Assembly: GCA_963719715.1 (NCBI GenBank)
Contig: CAVRDD010000049.1
Location: 147,779 to 211,778 of the forward strand
Origin: an uncultured beta proteobacterium
GTDB lineage: Bacteria; Pseudomonadota; Gammaproteobacteria; Burkholderiales; JAEUMW01
DNA: 64,000 nt
Direction of reading: 5' to 3'
Made by a program: the position numbers and the translations under genes. This document shows, piece by piece, positions 61,607-64,000 of this stretch. The number at the start of each line of letters is the position of its first letter. The stretch's first letter is position 1. A model generated the notes under the pieces. That model worked only from the letters and a program-made list of their open reading frames with translations. It had not been told where the DNA came from and did no database searches.

Positions 61607-61980
61607 CGTTCGTCTTGGTATCGAATTAGCCCTGCCCAATAGGTGAGCAGGGTCGCAATGTACGTCAAGAACAGCGGCAGCGGCGCGATATGCTTGGCGA
61701 GAGCGAAGGTCGCCGCGAAACAGCACGATGGTGACGCCAAACTTAAGCGCTTGCGCGAGGTAGTGAGCTTTTACCAACTCGTTCGGCCCCGACCCTGCGC
61801 TGCCTGGACGACGCGGACGTAAACCAAAGCCGAGAGGAATCCGATCGACCCTCCCCATACTGCCGAGACGGCGCTCCCCCTTTCTCCCGAAGCAAGCCAG
61901 ACGATCAAACCTGCTGCCAGCGTTACCGCGACTTGCAGGCCGATGATCAGGTTGACCGTTCCTACCTCGACAATCGTCCG
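61603..61980 (-). pseudogene. atpI: ATP synthase protein I (AtpI-like small membrane protein), frameshifted; start not identifiable
   Basis: Hydrophobic segments (VNLIIGLQVAVTLAAGLIVW, then FAATFALAKHIAPLPLFLTYIATLLTYWAGLI) lie in different frames. The TGA overlaps the atpB ATG (ATGA). This is the position expected for atpI. Confidence 0.4.
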
Positions 61981-62001
61981 GCCTGTCTGAAAAAGTTCCC
62001 T

Positions 62002-62031
62002 ATTTTAGGTTTTCGGCGCCCAAACTGTCAA
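62002..62031 (-). promoter_or_regulatory. near-consensus sigma70 promoter for the atp operon (TTGACA-18 nt-TAAAAT on the minus strand)
   Basis: The complement of 62026-62031 is TTGACA and the complement of 62002-62007 is TAAAAT. The site lies between the parB stop and atpI. Confidence 0.5.
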
Positions 62032-62065
62032 CCAAATGGTGCGATGCATCACGCAATCTCAGCCG

Positions 62066-62912
62066 TCAGCGAAGACTGGTCAAGAAGCCGTCGAGCTGAT
62101 CGAGGCTCGAATAATGGATGATGAGCTTTCCCTTGCCGCGCTTCGCGCTGTGGGTAATGGCGACCGTGGTCCCGAACTTATCCGACAGTTCTTCCTCCAA
62201 CGCAGCTATGTCCGGATCTTTCCGCATAGCCGACGACTTCATCCCCGCACCCTTGAGCAGCCGCGCGACGAGGCGTTCGGTTTCCCGCACTGAAAGCTGT
62301 TTGTGCGCAACATCTTCGGCGGCATCGAGTTGACTCGCCGCCGGCAGCGCGAGCAGCGCACGCCCGTGTCCCATATCCAGCTGACCGCCCATGATGAGTT
62401 CCTGGACAGCCGGCGGAAGCGCCAGCAACCGCAGCAAATTGCTGACAGCGCTGCGCGAACGGCCCACCGCCTGCGCCGCTACCTCGTGCGTCATTCTGAA
62501 CTCGTCGATCAGGCGCTGAATGCCACGCCGCTTCTTCCAGAGGGTTCAGATCCTCGCGCTGTATGTTCTCGATCAGCGCCATCGCCAATGCCGACTCGTC
62601 CGGCACCTCTCGTACAACAGCCGGAATGTCGGCGAGCCCGGCGCGGCGAGCCGCTCGCCAACGGCGCTCGCCGGCGATGATCTCGTAGCGACCGTCCGCC
62701 ACGGGTCGCACCAGGACTGGCTGCATCACGCCCTGCTGGCGGATCGACTCGGCTAGTTCCTCGAGACTCGCCTCGTCCATGTGGGTGCGCGGCTGGTAGC
62801 GGCCCGCTTGGAGCAGGTCGACGTTCAGACTTTGAAGCGTTTCTGCCGTCCGCTCACTTTCCCCGGACAAGAGTGCGTCGAGGCCCCTGCCCAGTCCCTT
62901 CAGCTTCGCCAT
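62066..62912 (-). pseudogene. parB: chromosome partitioning protein ParB, single frameshift near 62510-62540
   Basis: MAKLKGLGRGLDALL...YEIIAGERRWRAARRAGL...ALIENIQREDLNPLEEA is in ORF 62178. The helix-turn-helix and C-terminus are in ORF 62066 (MTHEVAAQAVGRSRSAVSNLLRLL...). Confidence 0.85.
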
Positions 62913-62916
62913 GTCC

Positions 62917-63699
62917 TCACCGAGTCGGTTGCCTCCAGGCGCCCCAAGCACTTCCCCGGCCAGTGCAAGGTAAGCCAGGGCTGCCCTTGCAGTGTTTGTC
63001 GAACACGGACACCGGCATTCCGTAGCTAGGCGCTTCCGCGAGCCGGACGTTGCGGGGAATCACGGTATTGAAGACCTTGTCGCCAAAATGCTGTTTCAAC
63101 TGCGCGGATACATGATGGGCGAGCGTGTTGCGTGGATCGTACATCGTCCGCAGCAGCCCATCGATCTCGAGTTGTGGATTGAGGTGAGCGCGCACTTTCT
63201 TGATCGTCCCCACCAGATCGGAAAGTCCTTCGAGCGCGTAGTACTCGCACTGCATCGGAATCATCACGGCGTGCGCCGCCGTCAAGGCATTGACGGTAAG
63301 CAGACTCAACGCCGGCGGGCAATCGAGGAGAATGAAATCGTATTCCTCGGCGATCTCCTCCAGGGCAGTCTTCAGGCGATGCTCGCGCCGAGCCAGATCG
63401 ACCATTTCCACTTCTGCACCCGCCAGTTCGCGGTTCGACGGCAGCAGGTGAAACATCCCCTTGGTCTCGGTCAGTCGAACCGACGACACGGGTTGAACGC
63501 CGAGCAGCACGTGGTAGACGGTATGCGTCAAAGCCCGCTTGTTGACGCCGCTTCCCATGGTTGCATTCCCTTGCGGATCGAGGTCCACGAGGAGCACGCG
63601 GCGGTGCGCCGCCGCCAGGCTGGCAGCGAGGTTGACGCTGGTCGTTGTCTTGCCAACGCCGCCCTTCTGGTTCGCAACCGCGACGATCCTTGCCATCAC
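62917..63699 (-). CDS. parA: chromosome partitioning ATPase ParA/Soj; last ~25 codons probably out of frame
   Basis: MARIVAVANQKGGVGKTTTSVNLAASLA is the deviant Walker A. Near the end the typical ...KGSQAYLALAGEVL... appears only in an alternative frame, whereas the listed ORF reads KGSPGLPCTGRGSAW. Confidence 0.85.
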   Translation of the reverse strand: MMARIVAVANQKGGVGKTTTSVNLAASLAAAHRRVLLVDLDPQGNATMGSGVNKRALTHTVYHVLLGVQPVSSVRLTETKGMFHLLPSNRELAGAEVEMVDLARREHRLKTALEEIAEEYDFILLDCPPALSLLTVNALTAAHAVMIPMQCEYYALEGLSDLVGTIKKVRAHLNPQLEIDGLLRTMYDPRNTLAHHVSAQLKQHFGDKVFNTVIPRNVRLAEAPSYGMPVSVFDKHCKGSPGLPCTGRGSAWGAWRQPTR

Positions 63700-64000
63700 G
63701 CGCGTTTCATCAGTATCAGGTGCCGAGCCGCCTCGATACCTGGCACGCGCAGGGGAATGATGTCCTCAGCGCGCCATTCCTTCGGCAGCAACGCGAGTTC
63801 TTCGTCCGGATACAGCCCCTTCATTGCCGCCAAGGTACCGCCGGGAGCGACCAGAGGACCGGCGAGTCGTGCAAACTCGGGTAGATCCGAGAACGCTCGC
63901 GAGACAACGAGATTAAAATTTCCCGCCGGGAGTGCTTCCACCCTCTGCGTGGCAACGCCCGCGTTCGTGATGCCGAGTTCCGCGACTGCCTGCAAGAGGA
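63696..64000 (-). CDS. rsmG: 16S rRNA (guanine527-N7)-methyltransferase RsmG (GidB), C-terminal part (continues past window end)
   Basis: ...VVSRAFSDLPEFARLAGPLVAPGGTLAAMKG...LILMKRA, directly upstream of parA as in the conserved gidB-parA-parB order. Confidence 0.85.
   Translation of the reverse strand, partial: LLQAVAELGITNAGVATQRVEALPAGNFNLVVSRAFSDLPEFARLAGPLVAPGGTLAAMKGLYPDEELALLPKEWRAEDIIPLRVPGIEAARHLILMKRA

Overview
This is a 64-kb, high-G+C chromosomal segment. The gene order looks betaproteobacterial to me, which is inference from synteny, not a search. The conserved blocks are thiD / rubredoxin-gloA / lptD-surA-pdxA-rsmA / amgK-murU-pepP-ubiH / dusB-fis-purH-purD-hemF / livKHMGF / apt / metY / ilvD / lgt / aroK-aroB-dgt-gltBD / hemE-priA-argS / dsbA / glmSU-atpCDGAHFEBI-parBA-rsmG. 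I saw no rRNA, tRNA or CRISPR array.

Three things stand out.

1. About 25 of roughly 57 recognisable protein genes can only be read by changing frame one or more times. They include atpA, atpD, atpB, purH, purD, ilvD, gltB, gltD, aroB and glmU. The damage is clustered in blocks, while neighbouring multi-kb blocks are perfectly intact. Consensus indel error is the most likely cause. I call these genes pseudogene/frameshifted.

2. An operon-like pair encodes a transmembrane histidine kinase and a Hanks-type Ser/Thr kinase fused to two receiver domains (21903-25562). No classical response regulator lies nearby.

3. A lower-G+C junkyard sits between metY and ilvD (30098-32683). It holds an intact RayT-type Y1 transposase, an IS256-family transposase stub, about 1.1 kb of ORF-poor hairpin-rich DNA, and a truncated thyA that ends at a 10-bp direct repeat.

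I also report several AT-rich perfect palindromes in promoter regions, a few intrinsic terminators and an orphan terminator. All coordinates for frameshifted genes are outer limits. The exact indel positions are approximate.
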